Positions 1 to 11,273 of a stretch of 64,000 bases of DNA are shown here, in pieces; within the stretch, counting starts at the first letter, position 1; every line of letters starts with the position of its first letter. The notes under the pieces were generated by a model, which did no database searches, had not been told where the DNA came from, and worked only from the letters and a program-made list of their open reading frames with translations. Both the position numbers and the translations under genes were made by a program. Source of the DNA: Dimorphilus gyrociliatus (Eukaryota > Animalia > Annelida); NCBI GenBank assembly GCA_904063045.1, contig CAJFCJ010000019.1, forward strand, positions 2,433,700-2,497,699. The letters are read 5' to 3'.

Positions 1-16
1 ATCATTTACACAAAAA

Positions 17-1216
17 ATGGCTCAAAAGATATATAATGTATTAAAAAAGAAAAATACAGGAAATTACAAATCAGGAATCTATTCCGACTACGAGGTGCCT
101 AAGGATCATTTACCTTTAGCAAAGCTCATGTGGAATTGGTTAAGGATGGTAGACAAACCAGAAGAACAGGTTAATTTTCAATTGTTCGAAAATATCATTT
201 TATTTTAAAGTTAAAGTATAAAAAGAAAATTCGATAATAATTATAAATCACTTTCATCAAACTGTTCACTAGGCTGAATTTAAACAATAGGATAATTAAA
301 CGCTATTAGTTCCGAATGAATCACCCCGAAGTCAGCAAAAAAAAAAATTAATATATATCATGAATAAAGAGATACTTGATAAGAGTTACAAATATGAAAT
401 TGACTTTATTTCAATTTAAGTGAAGGCGTATTTACTTTCTTCAGCAGAAATCAATAAAAAACTAATGAATCTAAATTACTTTAGTATTGTATCTCACTTA
501 CTCTTGAGTCAGATTTCTAGAGAAAAATTATTGTGTAATAAAAATGATTTACTCTTTATTTACAGTGTGACGTCCTCATCCTTGTTGCAAGTAATGACAT
601 ACGATGTGCGAAATATGCTGTACAGCTTTATCATGAAGGTTTAGCTAAGACGATTTTGATTACCGGAAAGTCAAGTAACGTTAGCAAGTACTTAACAAAA
701 GAACCTGATTGGCAAACATTCGTACGCTACCTCTTTACAAATGGAGTTCCACCTTGTTCTATTATCTTAGAAAATAAAGCGACAAACACTATTGAAAATA
801 TTTTATTCTCCGAAAAGAAGTTATATGATCTGAAAACGAACTATTCTTCATTAATTTTCGTTACTGTGCCCTGGCTTTGTCGGCGTTTTAGCGCTATCTT
901 TGAAAAGAATTGGCCTAATTCTAAATCATACAGAGCGTTATTCACTTGTCCTTCGTTTGCATTGGAAGACTTTCCGAACGATAAAACTGGTTCTTTAGCC
1001 GATGCAATAATACTTATGATGTGCACTATAAAGAGGATGTCTTCTATTTTTACGGAGCATTTACAAGGTCATGTAAATATACCAAAAGAAATTATCGACG
1101 CCTACGATATACTTATAAGTAGCAGGCAATATTCAACTTTTTTTGAGATGGAGCAAACTATACCAAATACGCCTTATGAACAAACTAAAGAAGTACCATA
1201 TATAATTTATAAATAA
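17..1216 (+). CDS. DUF218 (YdcF/SanA/ElyC-like) protein, 2 exons (17-169, 566-1216), about 267 aa; true start may lie upstream of the window
   Basis: GT at 170 and AG at 564-565 join AKLMWNWLRMVDKPEEQ to CDVLILVASNDIRCAKYAVQLYHEGLAKTILITG in frame with ORF 656-1216. That ORF carries GVP..IILENKATNTIENILFS and RRFSAIFEKNWP, typical DUF218 motifs. Confidence 0.8.
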
Positions 1217-1389
1217 TTTTCGATCTCATTTAATAAACGACGTAAAACACAAATTTTTTACATTTTTCTTGTAATATTCTAAAGTATTTCTCAATATTTT
1301 TTATACTATCGCAAAGTACCAGTTTATATTAGGATAAGACCAGTCATTGTAGTCCATTTCCTTCTTACATAATTCCTAACTGAAAGAAA

Positions 1390-2624
1390 ATGTCTGGCAA
1401 AGTCATAGTCGTTCCAACTGATGTCGAATTTGTGCAGCATCTTAAAAATGCTGGCAACAAGCTTGTTGTTGTTGATTTTTTTGCAGATTGGTACGTATTG
1501 GATAAAATTCATTTAATATCGCTCAGTATCTACATATTCCCTTTTAGGTCTGGCCCATGCCGACAAATCGCACCAAAGTTTGAAGAATTTGCTGCTAAAT
1601 ATACCAATGCTGTATTTTTGAAAGTTGATGTAGATCAATGCGAGGTCTGAATTCGTAAAAGCGCCAATATATTGTTTAAAGCATTCGGTTTTACAGGAGA
1701 CAGCTCAATCTCAAGGTGTTTCTGCAATGCCCACTTTTGTTTTATACAAAGTACAAAAAAAATTGGATAAAATGAGTGGTGCTAATGCTAATGGACTAGA
1801 AGAACTTATAAAGAAGCATTATCAAGCTGATGACGATGATGATGTACAAGTAAAAGGATATGTATGTTGCTATCATCCATTTTTCCAATAATTTATCAAA
1901 TGTTTCATTAGCAATTTATAAAATTAGCTTTGTTTTGTTATAGGTTGATTTGTCAACTTTCCTTGATAAATCTGGATGTGTTTGTTTAAATTCTGACGAT
2001 GAACATACTCTTGAACATGGGATGAATAAAAAAGGCGGATTCTTACAATCTGATTGTGATGAACAGCTTCTCATAACGTTGGAATTTAATCAGCAAGTAA
2101 AGATTCATTCTTTGAAAATTAATGGACCTCAAGATAAAGGACCAAAGACACTTCGCATATTTATTAATCAACCCAATACTTTAGATTTTGATTCTGCGTT
2201 GAGAAACAAATGCACTCAGGAAATTGAGTAAGTCGATTATCATACTTTGCATTCGTAAACTAAACTTTCTCCAATGATAGACTAACAAAGGAAGACCTTG
2301 AAGATCAAGCAATTGTGCCTTTAAAATTCGTTAAATTTCAAAACGTGAACAATTTAACGGTAGATATGATTCGTTAACGAAAATTTATTATTTTTATTAA
2401 TAATTTTCTGTATTCGTGGATATTTAGATTTTTGTAAAGGATAACCAAGAAGATGATGATGTTACACAAATCGATTTCCTTGGTCTAATCGGAGCTCCTG
2501 TCAATACTACAAATATGGGAGAGTTTAAAAGAGTATATAGAATTTTTTTTCTTATAATTTTTCTATACATATTTATATTATTTAATTTTTAAAGGTTGCG
2601 GGAAAGAAAGGAGAAAGCCATTAA
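1390..2624 (+). CDS. TXNL1: Thioredoxin-like protein 1 (N-terminal Trx + C-terminal PITH domain), 7 exons
   Basis: [11 protein letters not shown], then intron 1491-1547, then [19 protein letters not shown]. The PITH domain has [30 protein letters not shown] and LKFVKFQNV; C-terminus is [12 protein letters not shown]. Confidence 0.95.
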
Positions 2625-2698
2625 AGTACATAAAACATACTATTTGATTAGGAAATCTAATATTTTCGACTGTCTATGTACAATAAAGTAAACATGTC

Positions 2699-4030
2699 TC
2701 AACCGTTCCACCAATTCTCAAAGTCATCATATAACTTTTCATCAAAGAATAACATGTCTCTAAGTAAAATAAAATCAATCATTATCGGTGGTAAACTGAG
2801 TTGAACTATCAATTTTGCTCTTGTCCATATATTCTCACCTATTGATTCTCGTATCACAAGAGAACAAATTCGTTTAAGAGTAATATTGTTCCATGCAGGT
2901 ATTGGGTCTCTAATTGACCCGTTTTCTAAAAGCATCGTTAAAAGTTTCTCACTGCAGTTTTCTTCTACAAATTTATACGAAAGGGATTTCCTAGGGATCG
3001 AATTTAAATCGATAAGCATTCGAAATATATCCGGTCTCTTTATAATATCTTTGTAAAGTTTTGGACATGGTTTCAAACTACAACCTCCCTTTAGTAAACA
3101 CAGAAGGGCCTTAACATGACCTTTGACGACAGCTTGCTTTAGGAAACTGACTCCACTATTTGATTTCAAACTGCAACCACCCCTAACAAGACTTCTGACA
3201 ACTAGATCCAATCCTTCGCTTAAAGCATAATTTAAAGGCACCAGATTTGCAGAGTCAACGGCGTCTAAGTCGGCACCAGCATCGATTAAAGCGTCGTAAC
3301 ATAAGCCAGTATGAGCTGCATAATGCAGTGGAGTTTTTAGATTACTGTCACGAAAGTTCAGCTTCGGTTTATATTCAAGCAATTTGTAGACAACATTTGC
3401 ATTTCGGTTTTGAATGGCAGCATGTAAAGGCGTATCACCCGTAGGGAACATGGATGGTGAAGGAGATGCTTTAATGAGTTTTAAAGGTAAATAGCTAATT
3501 TGATATTAATAAAAAACAAAAAATATTACCTAAAGAAGTAGCTTTATTTATATCTGCTCCAAACTGGAGTAATACGTCAATCGCTTTGATATATCCATAA
3601 TAACTAGCTATGTACAATGCAGTTGCATTCCTAGAATTTGTTTCGTCAATGCTAAAGCCGCTCTGTAAAGCACCAGGATTACGAATAACTCATACTTTTT
3701 TAATCATTTACCTCCAATAAAGTCTTTAAAATTTCTACATTTCCCGTTCTGGCTGCAAGCACAATTAGAGGTTCATCCAAACATAAGGCTCTTCTTAGGC
3801 CATTTTTGAAAACGTTTAGTAGGATTTTTAAACCCTTATTATTTTGTCGTTTTATAGTTAATACAACGGACTTTTTCAATTCGTCTATATCGTACATTTG
3901 ATTGTTTATTAAAAGCTGCGCTCTATGCAGGTTATTGTCCTCTACAGCTGATACTAGACTGCAATAGCATATTTATTATGTTTTAAGATGGCAAAATCCT
4001 AAATTTTAGACAAGAAAGATCAAACCTCAT
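2699..4030 (-). CDS. Ankyrin repeat and SOCS-box protein (ASB-like), 4 exons
   Basis: Ankyrin repeats (GDTPLHAAI, KTPLHYAA, ATALYIASYYG) and a C-terminal SOCS box (TLKRICSLVIR..LSLPPIMIDFI). First exon ATGAG 4030-4026 and intron 4025-3959 give MSLVSAVEDNN. Confidence 0.85.
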
Positions 4031-4083
4031 AATAAACAGTTTATTTAAAACAGATGACGATTACAAATAAAAATTAGCTTCGA

Positions 4084-5861
4084 TTAGTTGAAGTCTGGAA
4101 CCCTCACTCTTTCAACAGTACAGTCGCATTGTTCTATGTGCTCCTTCCTATCTGACCTCTTTGCGCATGTACTGCAACAAGCAGTTTTGCCAGAATTTCT
4201 GCAATCTGTGCAAGATAAAACTAACTGCTTGCAGTGCTCGCTAGAGCATAGTTTGTATTGATCCCATGGTTTTTTGCAATAGCAACATTCCGCTATAACT
4301 TGGTCGTTGTATGAAATAGCATATCTATTGTCAAAGACAAACAATTTCCCCTTAAAATGTCCATTTGGAAACTGTTCTAAATATTTGTGAATACCTCCGC
4401 TGAGTTGGTAGATATCTGATGCCACTCCCTTTAGAAAAAGAAAAATTGGATTTTATATATTTCCATATTTTTAGAACAATAGTAGGTTATCCGATTACCT
4501 TACTCTTTAAATATGCAGATCCTCTCTCACAGCGAATTCCACCTGTGCAATACATATAGACTTCTTTATCCTTAAACATATTTAGATTTTTGTCAACGTA
4601 TTCAGGCCAGTAGCTAAATTTTCTTATATTTGGATCAATTGCACCAGTAAAACAGCCCTTCAACATTGATGAGACGTTTGAGAATAATATATCAAACAAG
4701 GGAAAAAAACTTACAATTTTACTTTCGTAATAATTTCTGCAATCAATAAATATTTTGTTATCATTCGGTTTATTCAAATGATCTTCAACAGCCGAATGAA
4801 ATTTCTCAGCAGAAATATGAGTAGCTAAAAGCAATTTGTTTGATACGTATATATAATAAAAAGGAAAGTTTAGTTTGATATTTATTCTTTCTATTATCTT
4901 ACATGCTTTTTCGAAAGATAAATCATCAGGATTTATTCCGAGACGACAGATTTCTGAGTAAATTCCTACTTTTAATCCCTCTGGAAAATCTTTAGAATTG
5001 CCGTTACTCATCTGGTCAGAGTAAATTCATCATAAAAATTTTTTTATATGCTATAAAATGAATATAAAGTTTGAAAATACCTTAAAGTCAAATTCTGTCA
5101 TATCATGAAACAGAGGGTGCTTTTTAAAGCACTCAACAAAGACTTTAATCTTTCGAAAGTCATTTGAACCAAGTGTAGCATTTACTCCTTCGGACGCAAT
5201 TCTCACCTGTAGAAAAATTAAATAGATATTTTATTGTTTACTTTAATTTCTTGTTTTAGTTGTACTTTTCCAGTAAGATCCAAACGTTGACATAGATTTA
5301 ATAGCCAATTCTTTATTCTTTCCACTTTTTTGATACACCTACGAGAAATATTTATAACTGTAATTATCATTTTAGTATTTGCCTAAGACTTACCTATATT
5401 TGTAGAACAATACAATGACACCATCATTATAGTTTTCAGGGGGTATCGTTTCGTTTATTAAATCACCTATATTTTTTGGCAACCATTCCTGTCCTTCGTA
5501 ATTTCCCTCATTATCATCTTCAACATCCTCAAATTGGCTGTCAAGCTTTCGTTTCTTATTATACCTTCTTTTCAAATCTGGGCAACTTTCATCATTATTT
5601 TTCAAATCGGAGGCTCTCTTTGAAACGTCTTGATTATGATTGATGGCAACATGTCTGTGAAATTCGCGTTTACTTGCAATTTTCTTGTCACAACATATCC
5701 AAACACCATCCTCAGTTTTGCAACTATTAACAAAATCAGTGAAAGCCTGTATGGATATTAAAACGTGGAGCGATAAAAGAGTAATTAACGCATATTCATT
5801 TAATTACCAATTTTTTAGCGACTTTTTCAATGGCGGGATCTTTTATTTGTTGGTTTGACAT
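4084..5861 (-). CDS. TSTD2: Thiosulfate sulfurtransferase/rhodanese-like domain-containing protein 2 (TrhO-like), multi-exon
   Basis: VIVLFYKY, IDCRNYYES, MYCTGGIRCERGSAYL, YQLSGGIHKYLEQFP..FKGKLFVFDNR and a Cys-rich C-terminus; ATG at 5861 (MSNQQIKDP). Confidence 0.92.
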
Positions 5862-7317
5862 TCTTAATTCTCAAATTATCTAACTATAGTGTCAATTGAC
5901 TAAAAAACTTTTATTAGCAAGTATAAATTATCAAAGTTTGTAGTCAGTGGTGAGATAGAGATATACCAGTTTACGTTCAAGTCATGTTGTTATGATATAT
6001 TTCTAAGTAATCGGCCCTAAAGGTCGGCTGTCATGTTTCATTAACAAACATTCAATTAGACACGTATTTGCTATATTAGCAAATATTAGACAAGTCTTAG
6101 AAAAAGCGATAAAGCTTAAGAAAAAACCGACCAAATTGAAAAATAAAAAATGTTCTTAAACAATCTCAACACTCTAAAGGTTTTTTATGAACATAAAAGA
6201 AACTAAGATGAGAACTCTTGAACAAAATTGGAAATAAAATTTAATAAATTTGCAAATATGTCGAAATGTTTTTTATTTGTAAAAAAAAGTCGTTTCTGTG
6301 AATAAAAAGGAAAGAGAAAAATATTTTAAATTAAATTTTGAAAGAAAGATGTCAGCACTTACCGGACCTGCTTTTGTATGATACGATGAAGAAATCAATA
6401 AAAGGTCTATATGGCAGCCCGCCGTTGCTCGTCTCATTTTCCGTATACCTTTTCCCCCCACTGCCTTCGCTCCTTGAGACTGTTTTGAATAAATATAGCA
6501 TTGTCAATTGAGAAGGTGAGGCCTTGTAGTAAATAACTGAACGGCTGTATTGTATTTCTTTTCTTTTATCTAATAAGGATTATATTTATTAAGGTCTGTA
6601 CTTCATAAATTACTTTAATAGCAGTAATAATCATAGACTTGAACTTAAATAATAAACAATTTGTAGAAACTGTGTCATTGGAGCAAAAGAAAAAGAGAGA
6701 GCATTTTCTTATATATCTATATTTTAGTATATATGTATACAGTATAATATCTGTGCTTATTGTATATTTATATAAATACTACATAGCGTATATTAGTAGA
6801 ATAAGTAAAACACAACCCATATATGAATTGATTCTTTACCATTGATTCACTTTATTCAAGGATCTGCTCTCATCGTGAATGAATATATATCTTACACATT
6901 TGACAATGAAATTGGCTAAAGGCCTATGTGGTAGCTTTAATGCTTTATTCTGTTTTTCCCTCTTTATTTCTCTTCACAAAAGTTTTTACTCTATTTGAAC
7001 ATTTTAACTCGACCACGCGAATTTTACTTCTATTATATATGTACCCGCCCGAACTAGCTTTCACCTTTCTTTTAATATATACTCTTAACCGAAATTTGAA
7101 CAGGGCAGATGTTTGAATAAGATAATAGAACGCATATATTTACAAAGAAATTCCTCTGTAGATTCTGTAATATTGACTTTGGTAAGCGTAAAGTTCGTTC
7201 ATGAATTGAAGTGTAGTTTTATTATACAATACATATATACATATATGATATATTCTTACTACTATTGTATATTAACTAACTTAGCCCTTTATCCAAATAG
7301 CCTCAAGACATCCAGCT

Positions 7318-10300
7318 ATGGAAGAGTGTTATGATAGGGGAAAAGAATGCTTGAACAAGTATCAATTAGGGAAGGCTGAACAAAACTTTCTCGATGTTCT
7401 TCGTCAATGTGATATTACTAAAAAGAGATCTAGAGTTCTATACGTTCACTCTATTCTTCACTTGGCATTTATATATCATAGAGCTTCCAAGTCTTCTTCC
7501 TGTACGCCCACTCGTGCTTTTTTCCATCAATTACATGCTTCCAGTTTACTACGAGGAATTTTGGAATTTGACGAGTGGGATGGCAACACCTTCCAAAAAG
7601 AACGTTCAAAGAAACTACTTGAAGAATTAGAGGGTAATTTATGTGAAGTTGTGCGGGGCAAGTTTGAGCAGAGTATAGAAGATAAACAATGGTTATATAA
7701 ATTTAAAGAGTTTGTTAATGAACAAATGAAGAAATCACAAATTATTGAAGCCGAAATTGAGATAATTGTTGAACCTTCTCCAGAAATTGAAATTCTACCT
7801 CTTGCTCCAAAGCCTATGGAGACTCCCCCTCCAGATAAAATGATTAAGGTTGATAAAGTGCAAGGTGCAATTAAAGCTCTAGTTAATGAAATTCTGCTGG
7901 ATAGACAAAGAAAGCGTCTTTTACAACGTTTACATAAAAAATTCGGCAGAAGAAACGAAAGGTTAGCACTCTCATATTCCTTACCGGATCTTACAGAAAT
8001 CCCGGAAATCCGGGATATTCTTGAAGCGGAAAACGGTGCTAACAGTGAAGAAGACGAAACTACTGATGACGTTACAGAAGGTGTGTTTGAAGATGAATTA
8101 AAAGATGATGAGAAACGATTAAAACCGCATTCAATAATTGAATTACCTGTTGAAACAATAGAAGAACAACAATTTTCAGATGATGACTCAGATGAACAAA
8201 CTCTAAGTGATAGTTATACAAAAGTATTGACAATTGAAGAAGAAAAGGAGGAGGAGGAGTTTTGTGAGGAAGTGACTGTGGAGTGGAAATACGTGGGTGG
8301 TCGCCAAATACCGGTTCACAATTTACCCAAGACTTGGAATGAAAAACATCGTTCCAAGAAGGTCGAAGTGACTAGTTGTTCTATTACCTTACGCATTTAC
8401 CCTGGTCTTAAGCAAAAAACTTTAGATAATTCCTCTAGTTATCATAAATGGACTCATAAAGTCTCGACGTTCGAACCAACTTCACCTCTAAATCAAATAC
8501 AACACTGTATTAATATTCCGAATAGTTATCATTTGACTCCATCCAGCAACTTGGCCACATCGGGAGATGCAATTATTTCACAACTTCTCTCAATATTCTA
8601 TAGGGTTGCAAAATTAGCATTCGATCATCAATTAATTGACGAGTGCCGTGGAATTTTAGACGAATCTCTCCTTCTTTTGGGCGAGCAGGAAGAAAAAGAA
8701 CAAGATAGTCGGTTATTTGGATCAATTGTTGAATTATTAGCTAGAATAGAGTGCTCTTTTGGGGAATTTGAGAAATGCGTTAGACTATTTGAAGAGGCTA
8801 TTGAAGTTCGTGAGCACTTGAATGTTCCAGAAGTTCAAATTCAAATTCTTCAGTGTTACGTATTTCTGGGGGATGCATATTTGTCATACTACACTAAAGA
8901 TGGCGCCTTTTTTAGCCATCTTTTACTTATTGTAAAGAGACATCTAGAAAATGAAGAGGACGATGACGATGACGAAACTGATTATAGTGAGGACTATAGC
9001 GTTAGTGTATGGGAAGCAATCAAATATTACAAAAAGGCGTTATATGCTGCTCATCATCTGAAAAAGAAGCATGAAAATAAACAACAAATAATCTCATCTA
9101 TAGTCATTCAACTGAACACGAAACTGGCTGATTGTTATATTTTAATAAGAGATTTTGATACGGCTGTTGAAAATTACGAGTACGTTCTCTGCTTGTTAAG
9201 AAATGCCAATGCTTCAACAACGCTTAGGGCAAATGCTCATGTATTAAGTTTATTGGCCACAACGACATTCCTTATTGGTAATCACGCTAAAGCAGCCAGC
9301 ATCTTCGAATGCGCTGCGATTTTACAACAGCATTTATCTACTTCGGCAAGCTTTTCGCACGTATTCATGCTGACACTTTTAGGAGTGTGCCGTTCACTCT
9401 GTAGTCAACACCATAAAGCGATCTCAGCTTGTTTAAAAGCATTTGAACGTTTCTCTCAGCTATATACACAGGTCATAACAAATTATGGTCAATTTTGGTT
9501 TATTGTTCATTTATTATACATTCTTGGCGATTCGTATTGTAAAGTTGCTTTATATGATAAAGCTTTGTTCTATCTACATTTATCTAAGCGTTTATTGACT
9601 ACTGGACAATTTGTTTGCAAGAAACAATTAATTAAATCTGTTAAGAGGATGGGAGACGTTTACTCCGAAATGAACGATATAGTATCTGCTACGAAATTTT
9701 ACGATGAAGCAATATCTATAAGCGATAATAGCTTGATTTGTGATGGTGATTTAGCAACAACTACGGCTAATATGCATGTCGACGCAAAGCAGTACGCTCA
9801 AGCTGGCGTCTATTATGAAAAGGCAAGAGACCAACAGAAAAATATGCAAGACTCCATGAAGATCGATTATTCTAATATACAAATGCAACTTGCTAACACT
9901 TGCATAGTGGCTGGTGATTTTTTAAAAGCGATCGAATGTTACGAAGAAGCCATTGAGACTATGGAAGAACTTGTAAAGAGACCAAAGCAAACAATTTCAC
10001 ATGCACTTTATATGTTAGCTTTACTTAAGAGTGACTATATAATTAAAAACAATCTTTTTGAACGTTCAATCGCTGAATATCCGACCAATGCTGGAAGAAT
10101 ATTCTATGCCTATTTTCTACTTAAAGCTGATCGTTATGCTGAATGTTCCAACCAACTATTAGATTACCGTTGGAATAGTGAGTCTACTCTTGAGATTACG
10201 AAAGTTTCTCAGAATGTTTTAAGGCCTTACTTTGAGTTGGAAATTGAAGATTCTGCTGAGTTTCTGATACATCTGAACTGTCTTGCTGCTGTCGCATCCA

Positions 10301-10893
10301 TTATTTCCTATTCTAAATTAAATTTATCTGATTACGTAACGGAGATATTGTTGGATCTTGTGAGAAAACGGTGCAATTCAGTATGGTGCTCTGTTTGTTT
10401 AATGCACGCTTTTTTTTATTCGAAACTTTACAAGGAATGCCTTGAAGTTTTTCAAAATCTTCTACTTGATGGAATTCCAGAGGAAGTTAACATTTCCGTT
10501 TGTAGTTTAGCTTGCATGGCCTATATCCTTGACTATTCTTATTGGTTAGTTACCGTTCTCAAAAATATTCAAAAATTTAACCGTAAACAAGCCAAAGAAA
10601 GAACTTTGATAGAGCATGATTGGATGGAAACTTCTAAACCAGAGCTCGAAGAGGAAAGTGATAGTGAGGAAGAGTGGAGGGTACTTGAGGAGGTGGAAGA
10701 AAATACTCCGGATATTATTCTCAGCTCGATAGATAAGACGTCAGATTATATTAATGCTAACGGCGTCACAGAAGACCTAGTAAATGGGAATGAGGAAGTT
10801 TGGATTGAAGAAACCGTAGAGACGCCGAGCGTTATTTTGGAAATGTTAAAGTGCAATTCAACCTCATCTAAGTTTTATTCTCTCCTAACTTAA
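7318..10893 (+). CDS. Large intronless TPR-repeat protein (1191 aa) with acidic linker
   Basis: Single 3.6-kb ORF with at least 9 TPR-like units (e.g. LLARIECSFGEFEKCVRLFEEAI, LADCYILIRDFDTAVENYEYVL, MGDVYSEMNDIVSATKFYDEAI, LANTCIVAGDFLKAIECYEEAI). Confidence 0.85.
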   Translation: MEECYDRGKECLNKYQLGKAEQNFLDVLRQCDITKKRSRVLYVHSILHLAFIYHRASKSSSCTPTRAFFHQLHASSLLRGILEFDEWDGNTFQKERSKKLLEELEGNLCEVVRGKFEQSIEDKQWLYKFKEFVNEQMKKSQIIEAEIEIIVEPSPEIEILPLAPKPMETPPPDKMIKVDKVQGAIKALVNEILLDRQRKRLLQRLHKKFGRRNERLALSYSLPDLTEIPEIRDILEAENGANSEEDETTDDVTEGVFEDELKDDEKRLKPHSIIELPVETIEEQQFSDDDSDEQTLSDSYTKVLTIEEEKEEEEFCEEVTVEWKYVGGRQIPVHNLPKTWNEKHRSKKVEVTSCSITLRIYPGLKQKTLDNSSSYHKWTHKVSTFEPTSPLNQIQHCINIPNSYHLTPSSNLATSGDAIISQLLSIFYRVAKLAFDHQLIDECRGILDESLLLLGEQEEKEQDSRLFGSIVELLARIECSFGEFEKCVRLFEEAIEVREHLNVPEVQIQILQCYVFLGDAYLSYYTKDGAFFSHLLLIVKRHLENEEDDDDDETDYSEDYSVSVWEAIKYYKKALYAAHHLKKKHENKQQIISSIVIQLNTKLADCYILIRDFDTAVENYEYVLCLLRNANASTTLRANAHVLSLLATTTFLIGNHAKAASIFECAAILQQHLSTSASFSHVFMLTLLGVCRSLCSQHHKAISACLKAFERFSQLYTQVITNYGQFWFIVHLLYILGDSYCKVALYDKALFYLHLSKRLLTTGQFVCKKQLIKSVKRMGDVYSEMNDIVSATKFYDEAISISDNSLICDGDLATTTANMHVDAKQYAQAGVYYEKARDQQKNMQDSMKIDYSNIQMQLANTCIVAGDFLKAIECYEEAIETMEELVKRPKQTISHALYMLALLKSDYIIKNNLFERSIAEYPTNAGRIFYAYFLLKADRYAECSNQLLDYRWNSESTLEITKVSQNVLRPYFELEIEDSAEFLIHLNCLAAVASIISYSKLNLSDYVTEILLDLVRKRCNSVWCSVCLMHAFFYSKLYKECLEVFQNLLLDGIPEEVNISVCSLACMAYILDYSYWLVTVLKNIQKFNRKQAKERTLIEHDWMETSKPELEEESDSEEEWRVLEEVEENTPDIILSSIDKTSDYINANGVTEDLVNGNEEVWIEETVETPSVILEMLKCNSTSSKFYSLLT

Positions 10894-11273
10894 ATGCTTC
10901 AATGTTTATATTGAATTTTTTAAACTTATTAAACAAAGAAATAAACTTTGTACAGAGATAAAAAAGAAACTTAACACGAATTTCTAAATCTACAGAATTT
11001 ATTCAATTACTTATTTTCGTATTTACAAAAGCAACGATAACTATTTATTGATTATAAATTTCTTGTATTATTTGGCTAATTAACTCACTTGACTAAACTA
11101 TAACTCTCATGTGTTGTATATAAATTATTGTATATAAATAGTTAAATATAAAAATCCTTGAATAAGTATTGTTTTTCTTGCTGATTTAATAAAATCAAAG
11201 AAGTGAATTAAATATGAACATTTCCTTAGCTTTGTTTATTCAAACAAGAAAAAATATTTTAGTGAAAAGCTTT

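Noticed and set aside
6330-6540. GC-richer island between TSTD2 and the TPR gene as a snoRNA
   Set aside because: There is no convincing C/D or H/ACA box pairing; it is more simply a promoter or 5' UTR segment.
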